A stretch of 64,000 nt of DNA, taken from NCBI GenBank assembly GCA_047967505.1, contig CM106538.1, one strand, 5' to 3'. The stretch is from Dipteris shenzhenensis. Taxonomy: Eukaryota. The notes below the pieces were generated by a model. The model did no database searches and had not been told where the DNA came from. It saw only the letters and a list, made by a program, of their open reading frames with translations. The position numbers and the translations under genes were made by a program. Within the stretch, counting starts at the first letter, position 1. Each line of letters starts with the position of its first letter. This document shows positions 25,621 to 39,207 of this stretch, piece after piece.

Positions 25621-28600
25621 CATGTTGGCAGAGAGTCAGCAGACTCCCGGATCCATTTTATTACCCGTCCTTGGGTTATGGCTGATTGCAAGCACGTACT
25701 TGGGTTGCCATGCTTTTAGTCCAGTGGCTGTGGAACTTGTGTCGTGCCAGTCGATCCTGCTATAAAGCCTTAGCACCATATAATTTTTGTGCAGTTTCCA
25801 GGTAGCCTGTATCCACCATTTGCTCGAACAAAGATATGTGGTGTGCTTCTAAGAAGATCACTCTTTGATAGAGCTGGCTTGTAATCTAAGCATCAACCCT
25901 TGCATTGGGATTAAAGCTGAGTGGAGGCAAATGGGAATCAAGGTAACATGGGACCTCCAGAATGAATTCCAATGTTTTATAGAATATAGCACTTTGGCAA
26001 AGGAAGCGATCAATGTTGCCGTGCATTATTTGTTCATGCTGCTGAAGTGCTCGGACCATTGAGCCTTGTATATTACATTCTACACCATAGTAGGATTCGA
26101 TCATTGGCCAATTAATGACTCGATCTTTAGCCAACATTGGTGTTGTCTTCCAATGCCTCATTGTTGTGCACTAGCAATTGGAGTTCAAGCTTGGAGATGA
26201 TTATTTTTTGGGAGTGCATCTCATTCATTTTTTCTTTGTATTGATGGTAGATGGTTGTGTATGCCTCCTTAAGCTTTCTCATTTGCAAGGTGATCTTTGC
26301 CTATTGAGGAATGTCTTCAGTGGTATTGGACCATTGGTCCAAGACTTGTGCTTGTGAAGTGCTGGCCTCTTGAATGGTAGCAAGTTGGTCTTTTAAGATT
26401 CTGCATTCCCTTGTAAGCTCATCAATGTTGAAGGCACGTACTGCCAAAGATTGTTTCATGTCTTCAAGCTTGTCGTTGCAATCTTGGAGCTCTTCTTCTT
26501 TGTGAATTAGAGTGAGTCGAGCTTGTGCCACTACCTCTGTCTGTTGCACATGTGCAGATGTCAAGGAGTTATAGTAGGTCTGTAGGATTGTTGTTGCTTC
26601 TACTGCTGCAGTTAGCTGTGTTTGACTTTGGTGGAGGTTGGAGGTCACATCCCTTACTACCTTCTCTTTAGCTTGGAGAGCTTGGCTCATGTGCAAGTCT
26701 TCTACCTCCTTCTCATCTATCTATGCCCGAAGTGCCTTGACCTCTATGGTGATTACTTGGAATTGGCCTTCAATTTTTTATGCAGTCCACCTTTCCAATT
26801 CTCTTGCATATTCTTCCTTGGCCAAGCTAGTGAATAGTTTTGACATTTGGATCATTTGGCTAGCTTGATGTTGGAGAATGACAGATGGTGATGAGGTCTT
26901 GGTGATATTGTTGATACAAGTGGTGCCCATGTAGCCATCCTGATGATTCTGTAGTACTTCGGGGAGGTTGTTCCAATGGCATTTCAGTCCCTTGTGTACA
27001 ATAGTCATACTGTTGATCTGACACTAGCTCCCCTTGTGGCTCATCGACTGGCATGGCGTCGATGGGTGGTTCGAGTGCTGATGTAGTCTCAGGCTCTGGT
27101 GCCGATCGTTCCTCAGGTTTAGGTGCCGATCTTGTCTTGAGTTGTGGTTGGTGCTATTAGTGGAGACTTTTTGGTTGCAGTTGTGCACGAGTTGTAGCAT
27201 CTTGTGGGGCAATTTCACAATCCTAACCTCCAAAATAGGTACTTCTCCTAAGGCATCTGCACTTATCAATGTGATAGTTGGAGAAGTTGGTGATGGCTCC
27301 CATACTGGTGAGAAGTGTATGTCCAACTCCTCAATTGGTTTTGGTGACTAGGGCAGAGTCATTTCTCTTTCTTGTAGTCCTTTTTTGATGATTATAGCCA
27401 ATAAGTGTGGAATTTTACATTTTGGCCTGAAGAACCATCAATTTTCTTAGTAAAGAAGATGACGAAGTGCTGGACCCCGGGGGATTCACTCTTCATTAAA
27501 GGGGGACGTCACCTGCGTGCATGAACTTCAAGAAAACCCCCTATTTAAGATCCATGTAGGATGATAAAACACCCCTATTTAAGCATATAAGATACCACCA
27601 AAATTCTATTATGTCCCCCTCTTTCCTTAAATCTATGTTCTTTCTTAAGAATTTAGATTACACAATAAGAAATTTTAGACTACTTTCCTTGTCACTATTT
27701 AAAACCATACACAAAACCAAACTTGTTCGAACTAGTTACCCAAGGTAGCCTATACTATGTCCCCCCCTCTTAAATATGGCATGGGCCCCCTAACTTAAAT
27801 TCAATATTGGGAAAAAATAAAAAGGGCCCCCACCCCTAATGTATAAGCTTATTCCTCATTTCAGAAAACCCCCCTATTGTACACTCACGTGATATCATAA
27901 GTTCCCCCATGTGAATCCCCCGGGTGCTGGACCCAGTCTTGTTTTAGCTTCCTACTTAGCAAAACAAATGTGCGGAGTGGAAGGAAGTGACCTTTGCCAT
28001 ACTTAATTCCTAGGATTGTGGATAGGAATTGTGATGCTTCCTTGAGGCGATGGTCAAGGATTGTGCGAAGCAATATGCCATCTCTATGGATCAGTGTGCC
28101 CTTGGTGAGGAGAGACTGTACTTTGATAAACTTTGCATCAGCAGGCCGTTTAGGGTATTTGCCACATTGTTTTGGTAGTGCGAAAGCCCTTCAAATGATT
28201 GTACTATCGAGGATAATGTTGAGTGGGATCTGCTGTACAGTGATTGTACCGTACTTGCCATCCTTTGCATTGATAAAGTAGTAAGAATGGAGAAATTCCT
28301 TGATGTAGGTGGTTAGGGTAGGACTGTCCTCCAAGGATTTGAGGCTCTCATGCAAACTGCCTAGACCCCGTTGCTCTAAGTAAGATGTTGCTTCCTGGAA
28401 AAGAGCATAAGTCAATGTGGGTGGCCAGACAAGTTCTAGTGATTGGGCCTTGTCAATGGCTGTGTAGGCCAGTTGTGACTAGGGTGGCATTTGTTCTGCT
28501 TGGTCATATCTTCTTCGGAGCTATCGCTTTGGACCATGAATGCCTATGGTCTCCATGGTTGAGAGGATGTAGATGGCTGCGAACTCTGGAGGGGGTCCCG

Positions 28601-28648
28601 TGGTTGAGGCGGTGGGCTCTTTCTGTGCATCCTCTTTAGTGGCGGCAT
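25621..28648 (-). pseudogene. Extra (env-position) ORF of G2: plant-transposon-protein-like N-terminal domain, Pro/Gln linker, long coiled coil, C-terminal helical domain
   Basis: Starts MPPLKR at 28648. Contains IKEFLHSY...GTITVQQIPLNIILDSTII*RAFALP and a heptad-rich stretch at 26301-26870. Interrupted by a MITE and stops. Confidence 0.6.
27476..27924. mobile_element. MITE copy 2 (449 bp)
   Basis: Same TIRs and body as 20750-21195. 8-bp TSD TGCTGGAC at 27468-27475 and 27925-27932. Confidence 0.95.
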
Positions 28649-29814
28649 CTTTTCTAAACCTACATCCATGTGCATGTAGTGTACCATTGATCATTAGATT
28701 GATTGGCATGCCGGTATGACCTTTCTATGTATGTGGAGAGAGAGATCTTATTTTTATACATGCTTTGAGAGTGTGGAATGAAAGTGTGTGGTACAATTAT
28801 TCATGCAATCATCTATGTGTCTAAGCGAAAGCGTGTGAGTGCACGTGATCTAGTAGCTAGGTAGGGACTAACTATATGCTTTTTTGCTAGGATTTTCATA
28901 GGGCAGCTAGAACTCATTCATTACTTCTAAAATCGAATGATGCTATCTATATGTGCGAAGAATTACATATGCAAGTGAGTGCTCGTGATACAATCTAATC
29001 CTAACTAAGGAAGACTTGGTTTTCCAAATCTTTGTTTTTGTCGGGGATGACTTGCATGTTGATATAGTAGCACTTCAGTCGGCTCCCATTTATTGTTGTG
29101 TTGAATTGGACTTCATCCAATGTTTCTAGTAGCACAGCTCCGATGGGATTCATCTTTTGTACTCGGTACAGTCCTTGACCTAGATACTTCAGTTTCCCCT
29201 TGTGTACTTTGGCATTGTATAATAGGACTAAGTCGCCTTCCTTGATGTCTTTAGCTTTAAGGTTTTTGTCAAACCATGCCTTTCTTTTGTGTTTTTCTGT
29301 TGTCATGGCATGGTAGGTGACTAGTCTTGTCTCTGTATGCTTCTCTAACTGATAGAGCCTTTCTTTCAAGGATTCATGGTCTCCCATGCATTCCTGTATT
29401 GTGATGCATAGACTTGGTATTACAAATTCAAGTGGGACCACAGCTTCAAGGCTGTACACCAATTGAAAAGGTGTGTTCCTTGTACTGACCTTGAATGTGG
29501 TTCTGTATGTCCATAAGGCAGCATTCAGTTCCTCTGCCCAATTAGAATGCTGTGGTTCCACACCTTTATTTTGTTGGTGGATTCTGCTAGTCCATTCCCT
29601 TGGGGGTAGTAGGGTGTGCTTTTTCTATGGATTACCATGAAGCCAGACAAGAGTTCTTGGATTACCTCATTGACAAAATGTGTGCCTCTATCCGACACAA
29701 TTTCAATGGGGCATCTAAATCGGGTGATTACATTTTTGTATAAGAATCTTGCTGTGCTTCTGGAATCTATCTTTTTGACTGCTTTAGCTTCAGCCCATTT
29801 TATAAAGTAATCAA

Positions 29815-32800
29815 TGTAAAGAATAAGGGAGAGAGATAGGAGACTCAAGTGCAGCTTTCTTCACAACACACAAAAGAGAGAGGACACAAGGTTGGAGGGT
29901 GAAGCCTTTCTTCACTTTTGCACACGACAACAATACAATAGAAGAGGGAAATACCCTATATGTCAAACCCTAGAATACGTGGTTCATATGTGAACCCAAA
30001 CCAAAACATACGTGGTAGTCTAACTACACCACGAGTACAATGAACATAGGCGGTGACATAAATGATAGTCATCCAGGAGATATATCGGGGGTAGAGCTTG
30101 ATATCTCAACACTCCCCCTCAAGCTCAAATCCATCTCACGTACACCAAGCAAGCTCCTAAATCTGCGAAGCTTCTCGGTACCCAATGCCTTCGTAAAAAT
30201 ATCAGCCACCTGCTCCTCAGTGCTGACATAGACAAGATCAATCTCACCAGCTAGAACCTTCTCTCTCACAAAGTGATAATGCACCTCAATGTGCTTCGTT
30301 CTAGCATGATAAACTGGGTTATTAGCAAGCATGATGCTGCTAATGTTGTCACAATGAATGACAACTGCTGCATGAATTGACTGTCCCATATCTGCAAGTA
30401 GCTTCCGTAACCAAGCTACCTCACATGCAGCCATTGCTGCACCCCTGTACTCAGCCTCTGTGCTCAACAAGGCAACTGTTGGCTGCTTCTTGCTGCTCCA
30501 ACTAATGGCACCACTCCCAAGGGAAAACATAAAACCACTAGTAGATCTCCTGTCTGAGACGCTACCAGCCCAGTCAGCATCTGTGTATCCATGTACCTGT
30601 AATGCACACCCAGCTTCATAAAACAGTCCATAATGCAATGTGGACTTCACATACTGCAGTATGCGCCTAGCCGCATCCAAATGTGGCTTCCTCGGTGCCT
30701 GCATAAATTGACTCACCAGCCCCACAGCATAGCTCAAATCTGGTCTGGTTATAGTCATGTAAATCAAGCTACCTACTATGCGTCTGTACATAGTAATATC
30801 TTCAAGAAGCTCACCTGTCTCTGCATTGAGCTTCACATTCTGCTCCAATGGAACAGAGATAGGCTTACAGCCTGTCATCCCATATTTGGACAGCATGTCC
30901 AAACCGTATTGCCTTTGCAACAGCCATATCCCACTCGGGGATCTAATAACCTCAATGCCCAAGAAGTAACGCAGCTCTCCCAAATCCTTCATCTCAAATT
31001 TCTGCTTCAACAGCAGCTTCACTTCATTAATGTCTGCATCACTATCACCTGTAATAATCAAGTCATCAACATAGATGACTATAAGCACAATCCCTCTATT
31101 TGTCCTTTTCACATAAAGTGAAAAATCTGAATTGGAAATCTGAAATCCAATAGTGACAAGATATTGCCCTATCTTGTCTGACCATGCCCTCGGTGCCTGT
31201 TTTAAGCCATACAAGGCTTTGCGCAACCTGCATACAAAATCGGGGTGTGAATTATCCTCATAACCTTCTGGCTGCATCATATAAACCTCTTCCTGCAAAT
31301 CACCATGCAAGAAGGCATTTTTCACATCCATCTGATGCAAAGACCATCCCTTTGCAGCAGCCATAGCAATTACTGCTCTCACGGTTGCCATCCTTGCAAC
31401 TGGGCTAAAAGTTTCCTCATAGTCAATTCCATATGTCTGCGCAAAACCTTTGGCAACCAATCTTGCCTTGTACCTGCTAACAGACCCATCAGCATTGTGC
31501 TTTACTTTGTAAACCCACTTGTAGCCAATAGCCTTCTTATCATGAGGCAAAGGCATCAAATCCCAAGTGTGGTTTGCATCCAAGGCAGCCATCTCTTCAT
31601 CCATAGCTGCTTCCCAATTTTTATGCCCTGCTACATCCACAAAACATGTGGGCTCTGGCTCCTCTAGAACCTTGACCATATAAGCATAGTGATGTGCTGT
31701 ATACCCATCATATCTCAGCCTGTCAACTGGATACTTAATACGAGTGGACCTCCGTACAGCTAGATCAGTTGTAGGAGTCTTTAAATCATGCCTGCTTTTC
31801 CTTGCACCAGGTGTAACAACAGAAGGAATCCCAAGTTCCTCATCAAGGCTCATTTCAGAGCCACTTGACTCTCCATCAACATGAGAGCTACCAGCAGACA
31901 CATCAAACACTGGAGCATGGTCTACTTTTTCTTTTCCCTTATGTGATACATGCACAACACTATCAGGACTACCATGTGACGATTCACTAGATCTCAATCT
32001 CCCTGTCCATGCATTAGATCCACTAGTAGAGGACTCTCTAGGTCCACTCAAGGCTTGAGATTATTGCTCTGCATTTATTGCAGCATTCCCATTTCCTACA
32101 TCTGCATCTCCTACCATAACAGTTGGTGCATACCAGCTGCTCATTTCATCAAAAACAACATCTCTGCTCACTTGCATTTTGCGGGTGGAAGGGTTATAAC
32201 AGCGATACCCTTTCTGGTGCAGAGCATATCCAATAAAGATGCATTTTTCTGCCTTTGGATCCAGCTTTGTTCTCTTCTCATCAGGAACATGAACATAAGC
32301 TATGCAACCAAATACCTTCAAGTGAGAAATATCTGGTTTTTGGCCTGTATACATTTCTTCAGGCGTCATGCCATGGACAGCTGCAGTGGGGGTTCTGTTC
32401 ATAATATAAACAGCAGTTGCTACTGCTTCAGCCCAAAAATAATCAGGCATGTTTTTCTCATTTAGGATCGCCCGTCCTACTTCTGCAATATGCTTGTTCT
32501 TCCTTTCTGCAACCCCATTCTGCTGAGGGGTAGACCTGCATGAGTACTTCCTTTGAATTCCCTGTTCTTTCAGATATTCACAAAATTCTTCTGAAAAGTA
32601 CTCTCCCCCTCCATTAGATCTTAGCACTTTAATATGCACACCTTTCTCTTTTTCAACCATGGCCTTAAAAGCCTTGAAATGGCTGAACACTTCACTTTTG
32701 TGCTTCATAAAATAAATCGACACCTTCCTAGTGTAGTCATCAATAAACGTCACATAATAATGGCATCCACCAATAGAAGCAGCTTTGGTTGTCCAAACAT

Positions 32801-35292
32801 ATGAATGGATCACTTCCAAAGGTCTTCTGCTCACCTTAGCATTTTTGAGAAATGCATGTCTGGCCTGCTTACCCATTTGGCATGCTTCACATACCTTTTG
32901 CATTCCCTCAACTCTGAATTTAGGCAAACCTGCAACAATGTTTTTCGTTTGCATAGATTTCAGCCTTTGTATATTCACGTGCCCAATGCGCTTGTGCCAT
33001 ATCTCAATATCTGCAATGACACCTCTCCCATGCGCAAACATAGCAGCTTTCACCTCAGGCATATCAACATCCAAGGTGAACATTCTGCCATTTTTGTTGC
33101 CTTTTGCAACCAAGCGGCACTTATTTTTCAAGTCCTCAACAAAGCATCCATCAGGATTAAATCTAACCTGCAGACCTTGCTCAACCATCTGGCCAACTAA
33201 AACCAGGTTCTTAGTGATTTTTGGAACATGAAGTACATCTGCCAAGTACTTCGTTTTGCCATCCTGCATAGCCAATGGCACTTTACCAACCTGCGTAATT
33301 GGGTGTGCAGTATCATCACCTGTTTCAACATAACCTGGCTTATCCAAATTTCTAACATCATGAAACCACTCACCATGACTGGTCATGTGGTTAGAGGCAC
33401 CTGAATCAACATACCAAACATCATTGCAAGCTGCAGCATCTCCTGACATGGAGTTAACCATATGCTGCATCACAAAAAGGTGCTCATTTCTGTCGTCACC
33501 ATGCCCACTTGATGATGCATAGTTGCTTTGCTGCAACTTCCCACTTTTGATGTCATTCTGCTTTTTATAGCATGTATTCTCCTTGTGTCCAGGCTTTCCA
33601 CAATAATAGCATTCTGTGCTGCTATTTACTTGCTGGTTCCTTTGCCATGAACCACGGCCTCTTTGGCTCCCCCTGCCTCTAGAACTACCACGTCCTCCTC
33701 CATAGGACTGGTTTTCCTATTGTTGCTGTTGGTTCTGATTTCCTGCACGGCCACCAAAACGGCCTCTTCCTCTACCCCTGCCTCTACCTGTATTCGAGTA
33801 GAAAGCAGTCTCTTGAGAAGTTGAGGTGGCTGAACCACCATTCCTTTGCTCTTCACTCAGCAAGAGAGCAATAAGTTCCTGAAAATCAGGAAATGTTTCA
33901 CGGACTCCAATGGATGTCCGAAACTGTGCATAATCTTTCCCAAGACCATTCAAGGTCACGGACACTAAGTCCTCATCATCAACAGGTGCTCCAATGGAGG
34001 CAAGAGAATCTGCAAGGCCTTTCACCTTCAAGGAATACTCATTTATATTCAGATTTTTCCTTTGCACATTGTGCAACTCCTGCTTTAGCTGCATCTTTCG
34101 TTCTTTGGTATTTGTGCTATACAGCTTCACCAATGTATCCCATGCCTCCTTAGGCGTCTCTACATCCTGTATATGCACAATCATAGAATCTGAAATGCTA
34201 ACAGACAGCCAATACAAGCATTTTCTGGCTTTTTCATGCCATTCTTTAAAGGCCTTCAATTCAGCAGGAGTGGAAGCAGCACCCAAAACTGGTTCTGCAG
34301 TTTCACCACTGATGTAATCCCAAACTCCCTTTCCCATAAGGAAGTTTGTCATCCTGAACTTCCATGCTTGGAAGTTGTTCTTGTCAAGCTTCTCACTGAC
34401 AATGGTAGACAGATTCTCAGACATTTTACAAATCACGAATTGCAACAGCAACCTGTAAACACAGCAAATGCCTCACAAGTGCAAATAGCAAAACTTCTGC
34501 AAACAGCCTCACAGGGGCAGATCCGCAACACTGACGAAAGTGGTATTTCACCACACAGTCACTTCCTAGTGATGATTTTGCATCAACAGGCAACAGGCAT
34601 GAATCTGCAACTCCCAATATCTCTGCACATAGGCATACGATGCAATTTCTGTGGCACCTTTCCACCGACTAGCCGCGTAGTGGTCGCACAGCGAAAAACA
34701 GGGACTTTTTCTGAGTGCCTGCGAAGAACTTCCGCCTTCAAAACGGGCCCCAAAACGGCCTCAAATAAAAAAAATAAAGTCACCAAGGGCTTTGCCCTCA
34801 CCCGCAGCATATACTGCACTCTCACCACACCGCAAAGGGCCTCTCAATCTGAAACAGTGCACTCCTGCACTTCTGGACCTGCAGAGATTTGCTCCCAAAC
34901 TCGAAATAGGAAAGCAACACTGGTCCTCTTACTAGGACACCACAAACTTGGCTTGCTTTCTTGAGCTCCTTACCACGAACAAGGCTCTGATACCATGTAA
35001 AGAATAAGGGAGAGAGATAGGAGACTCAAGTGCAGCTTTCTTCACAACACACAAAAGAGAGAGGACACAAGGTTGGAGGGTGAAGCCTTTCTTCACTTTT
35101 GCACACGACAACAATACAATAGAAGAGGGAAATACCCTATATGTCAAACCCTAGAATACGTGGTTCATATGTGAACCCAAACCAAAACATACGTGGTAGT
35201 CTAACTACACCACGAGTACAACTAACATAGGCGGTGACATAAATGATAGTCATCCAGGAGATATATCGGGGGTAGAGCTTGATATCTCAACA
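29815..35292 (-). mobile_element. Full-length Ty1/copia element E
   Basis: 297-bp LTRs at 29815-30111 and 34996-35292 with 2 mismatches seen. PBS at 34984-34995, PPT at 30112-30122. TSD ATCAA/ATCAG. Confidence 0.98.
30069..34451 (-). pseudogene. Copia E gag-pol, single frame with two nonsense codons
   Basis: ORFs 33717-34451, 32061-33536 and 30069-32051 are in frame, with stops at 33717 (TAG) and 32061 (TAA). Motifs DSGAS, YVDDL and DADWAG. Confidence 0.95.
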
Positions 35293-38200
35293 ATCAGTGG
35301 CCACAATGATGTAGCATGCCTGTGTTCCTTTTACTGCTGGATGTATGGGACCCACATAGTCAATCCCCCATTTTTCAAATGGTTTTGGTGCAACAACTGG
35401 TGTTAGGGGATCGAAGTCTTTGTGTTTTGGTTTAATAGTTTGTTGGCATACATCATAGCCTTTTACATATTCATAGGCATCTGCCCACAGTGTTGGCCAC
35501 CAGTAGCCTACGAGGAGAACTTTTCTTGCTGTGGCTTCCCCTTGGAAGTGTCCTCCTACAATGCCTTCATGGACTTCACTCAGGATTGGCATGATCTCAT
35601 GAGGCATTACACATCTTCTTAATATTTGGTCCTTGCCCATCTTGTATAGTTGTCTTGCAATGAGTTGATAGGGTGCAGCCTTTAGAATCAATTTTCTAGC
35701 ATTTACTGCTTTCATTTCAAGGGGTGGTCTTCCTGCCATCAAGTACCCAATGATATCTCCACACCATTCTAGAACAGCATCTATTTGAAATAGTGTGGCA
35801 TCTGGTAAGTCGTCTTCTATTCCAGTGGCTTCTTCTCCTGACTTGACTCGAAACATGTGATCGGCAATGTAGTATTGGGCACCTTTGCAGACCACTATTT
35901 TGAAGTTGAATTCTTGAAGCAAGAGGAGCCATCTGGTTATTCTTCCTCTGGTATTCTCAAAGGCATTTCAGCTTGCTGTCCCACGTGCATATCTGCCACA
36001 TTTGGCTCATCATTTCCACCAATAGATGATCCATCATCTACCCTTGATTGTATACCTGTGGGAGTACTTGGTGGTACCATTTCTTGCACATTTGGTGCAT
36101 GGACAGCTTGTTGTCTATCAACATAGGCAGGTGGATTCACATCCTGGAAAGTGATTCTCCCCATTTCCACATCCCTGATGGATGCCTTATGCATCTTCTT
36201 CTCATTGAAGACCACATCATGGCTGCGTATGATCTTCTTTGCTTCTGGATCCCAGAGATGATAGCCCATCTCTCCACTTTCACCATAACCTAGAAAGATG
36301 CATTTCCTAGACTTAGGATCTAGCTTCTTTCGAAGCTCTTTTGGCACATGTGCATATGCCTCACACCCAAATATATACAAATGAGAGTAAGAGGGTTTCT
36401 TGCCACTCCATGCCTCTTTAGGAATACCACCATCCAAACTCTTACTAGGTGATCTATTGATCACATGCACTGCAGTCTTCATTGCCTCAGCCCAAAAACC
36501 ACCAGAAAGACTTGCATTGGAAAGCATGCATTGCAACCTTTCTTGAATGGTACGGTTCATCTTTTTTGCAACTAGATTTTGCTCTAGAGTACGAGGGGAT
36601 GTGAGCTCCCTCTTAATCCCATGTGTATCACAGAAATGCTGAAAGTCATGAGAGAGATACTCTCCACCATTGTCAGTCCGTAGGCATTTAAGCGTTCTAC
36701 CTGACTGATTCTCAACCAAGGCCATCCATTTCTGAAATACCTGGAACACATCACTCTTTCGAGCTATAGCATAAGCGCACACTTTCCTAGTTGCATCATC
36801 AATAAATGTCACATAGTATTCAGCCCTGCCTAATGACTGTGTAGGCATGGGACCACATATGTCTGAATGCACCAAATCAAGCATTTCAAACTCTTTCTTT
36901 CCCCTTCTTTTATGGGCTGATTTAGTTTGCTTCCCATAGAGACAATGCTCACAAAATTCAAAATCAGAGAAACTCAAATGCGGTACATAACCCAAATGGC
37001 ATAAGAGTTTCATTCCATTTTGGCTCATGTGCCCCAACCTGCAATGCCACAAAGAAGTGCTTGGCTGCTCGGTTATTGCAACAACATGATCAAATACCCC
37101 TGATACATGTAAGGGATACAAAGTCCCACACTTGGCACCCCTAGCCAAAAGCATAGAGCCCTTATGAATTTTCCAACTCTGAAAGCCAAAAGTGGTGTGA
37201 AAACTAGCATCATCTAGCTGACCCACTGAAATAAGACTCTTGGTCAGCTTAGGCACATGTCTCACATGTTTCAGAACAAATGTAGACCCATTTGCAAAAG
37301 AAAAATTTATGTCACCTGCTCCCACTATGTCACATGCATAGTCATTTCCAAGATGCACATAACCTGTCTTTCCACTGTCATAAGTGGAGAACCATTCCCT
37401 ATGGGGAGTAACATGGAATGAAGCACCAGAATCCAAAATCCAATCTTGGGAATATGCATCATCTGAAGTGGTAAGCAAATCTACAGATAAACTAGACATG
37501 AAGAGAACGTCATTGTCACTATCATGTGTGACTGCATTGATCTCCTCGATCTTCACTTTTCCTTTCTCCTCCCTTGGACTCTCTTCCTTCTAATTTGCAC
37601 CCCAATTTGCATTCTTTTTCTTATCCTTTTGCTCTCTTTTCAGCTTGTAGCAATCCCTTTTCATATGGCCCTTCTTGCCACAGTGGTAACACTCAATGTT
37701 TCATGCCCTGGATTTGCTACGTGAGTTCCCTCTTTCTTGGGACTTCCCCCTGAACTGTGATCTACCCCTTTGCACATTTAAGGATGCATCCTGCTTGTTG
37801 CCATCCATAGACTTCCGTCTAATCTCCTCGACCAACAAGCTACCCACAACATCATCAAATTTCAGTACTCCACCAGGTGCAGAGTTACTGACAGCTGTAC
37901 GGAAGGTATCCCATGAGGATGGCAATGAACATAAGAGAAATATTGCCTTAGTCTCCACATCAAAATTCATTTTTTGAGCCTGAAGCTGGCTGAAAATAAT
38001 ATTGAATTCATTCAAATGAGAAGCAATGGAGACCCCTTCCTTCATTTGCAGCTCAAACAACCTCTTCATGAGGTAAACTTTATTAGAGGCAGTTTCCTTC
38101 TCATAAGTGGCACACAGTTTCTTCCACAAATCTTCTGCAGTCTACTCATTTACAACTGTGAAATAAACTGACTCTGCAAGATGAAGTCTAGTAGTAGACT

Positions 38201-38734
38201 TTGCTAATGCATCCAACTCATTCCAATCATCCTCAGACATATTTATAGGCTTAGCTTCAATCCCTGACAATCGTTTATTCTGCTTCTTTTGAATAAGCAC
38301 ATCCCTTATTTGTTCTTTCCACAAAGAAAAGTTTGTCCCATCAAACTTTTTAATGTTAAAAAACTCATTTTCAGAAATGGAAGAGGATGCCATGATGCAA
38401 ATGAAACAAAATCCCAAATGCTAGTACCTGCAAGAGAGAATCACACCAAATACCAGGTGCACCCAAATGTGTATGTCACAATAGAGTGAAATATCACCAA
38501 AACTCAAAGCTCAAAGCATCAAAATATGCATTTGACTCATGTGCATATACTATGCATCCATATGAGCAAATCTGGCCCAAAAGAAAATGCCAATAAGTGC
38601 CAAATGACTCAAGCATAAACACTATCCACTAGCATATGCATCAATAATATCTCATCCCACTACAAGGCATAGGCCATTTTCCGACGGAAATACCGACGCT
38701 TTTTACATTAAATTTTTTTTTTTCACGGGCGCAA

Positions 38735-38935
38735 AGGTCGCTATAAAAGTCGTTAAAATCGTCGGAAAAGGAGCGTCGCTATAAACCGTCGCTATATAGC
38801 GACGCTATTAATCGTCACTATATAGCGACGATGTAAACGTCGCTATATAGCGACGATGCAAACGTCGCTATATAGCGACACTGTTAATCGTCGCTATATA
38901 GCGACACTGGTAAACGTCGCTATATAGCGACGATT
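38735..38935. repeat. Left subterminal repeats of CACTA (palindromic GTCGCTATATAGCGAC units)
   Basis: About 6 palindromic units. The same motif occurs at 46010-46080 and in degenerate form at 60587-60700. Confidence 0.9.
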
Positions 38936-39207
38936 AACAGAAGTAAAAAAAAAGGGTTAGTGGGGCTAAACAGGGCTTCCTTTTGGCCCTGTTTAGCCCC
39001 ACTAATCCTTTTTTTTTTTTGTAATTACAAAAGAAAGTTTTTTATAACAAAATTTCCCTTGCTTGCAGGGTGATACAAAATTGTTCTTGTGAACAATGAG
39101 GAAGAAATGCATATACATATACAACTGTGTTTGTAACAAAATTACCCTGTGAAAGGGCGATACAAAATTGCTCTAACGAGCGGATATACAAAATGCTACT
39201 ACCACTA

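Larger units (their letters stand above)
25621..35953 (-). mobile_element. Ty3/gypsy element G2, 3' half (RH end, integrase, extra ORF), hosting MITE2 and copia E
   Basis: Integrase motifs: RWLLLLQEF, HEGIVGGHF, CQQ, KWGIDYVGP, IIVATDY|FIKWAEA, SDRGTHF, PQGNGLAES, WTYRTTFK. Confidence 0.9.

Noticed and set aside
30069-30122. pol ORF reading through the PPT into the 3' LTR (also 60233-60272)
   Set aside because: Real, but a common arrangement in compact plant copia elements.
34236-34964. 242-aa antisense ORF over the E leader and gag
   Set aside because: It has no recognisable motif and is not kept intact as one ORF in B1 or B2. Many other short antisense ORFs are likewise shadows of pol.
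38780-38935. Palindromic repeats with short spacers, superficially CRISPR-like
   Set aside because: Spacers are only a few bp, there are no cas genes, and the position matches CACTA subterminal repeats.
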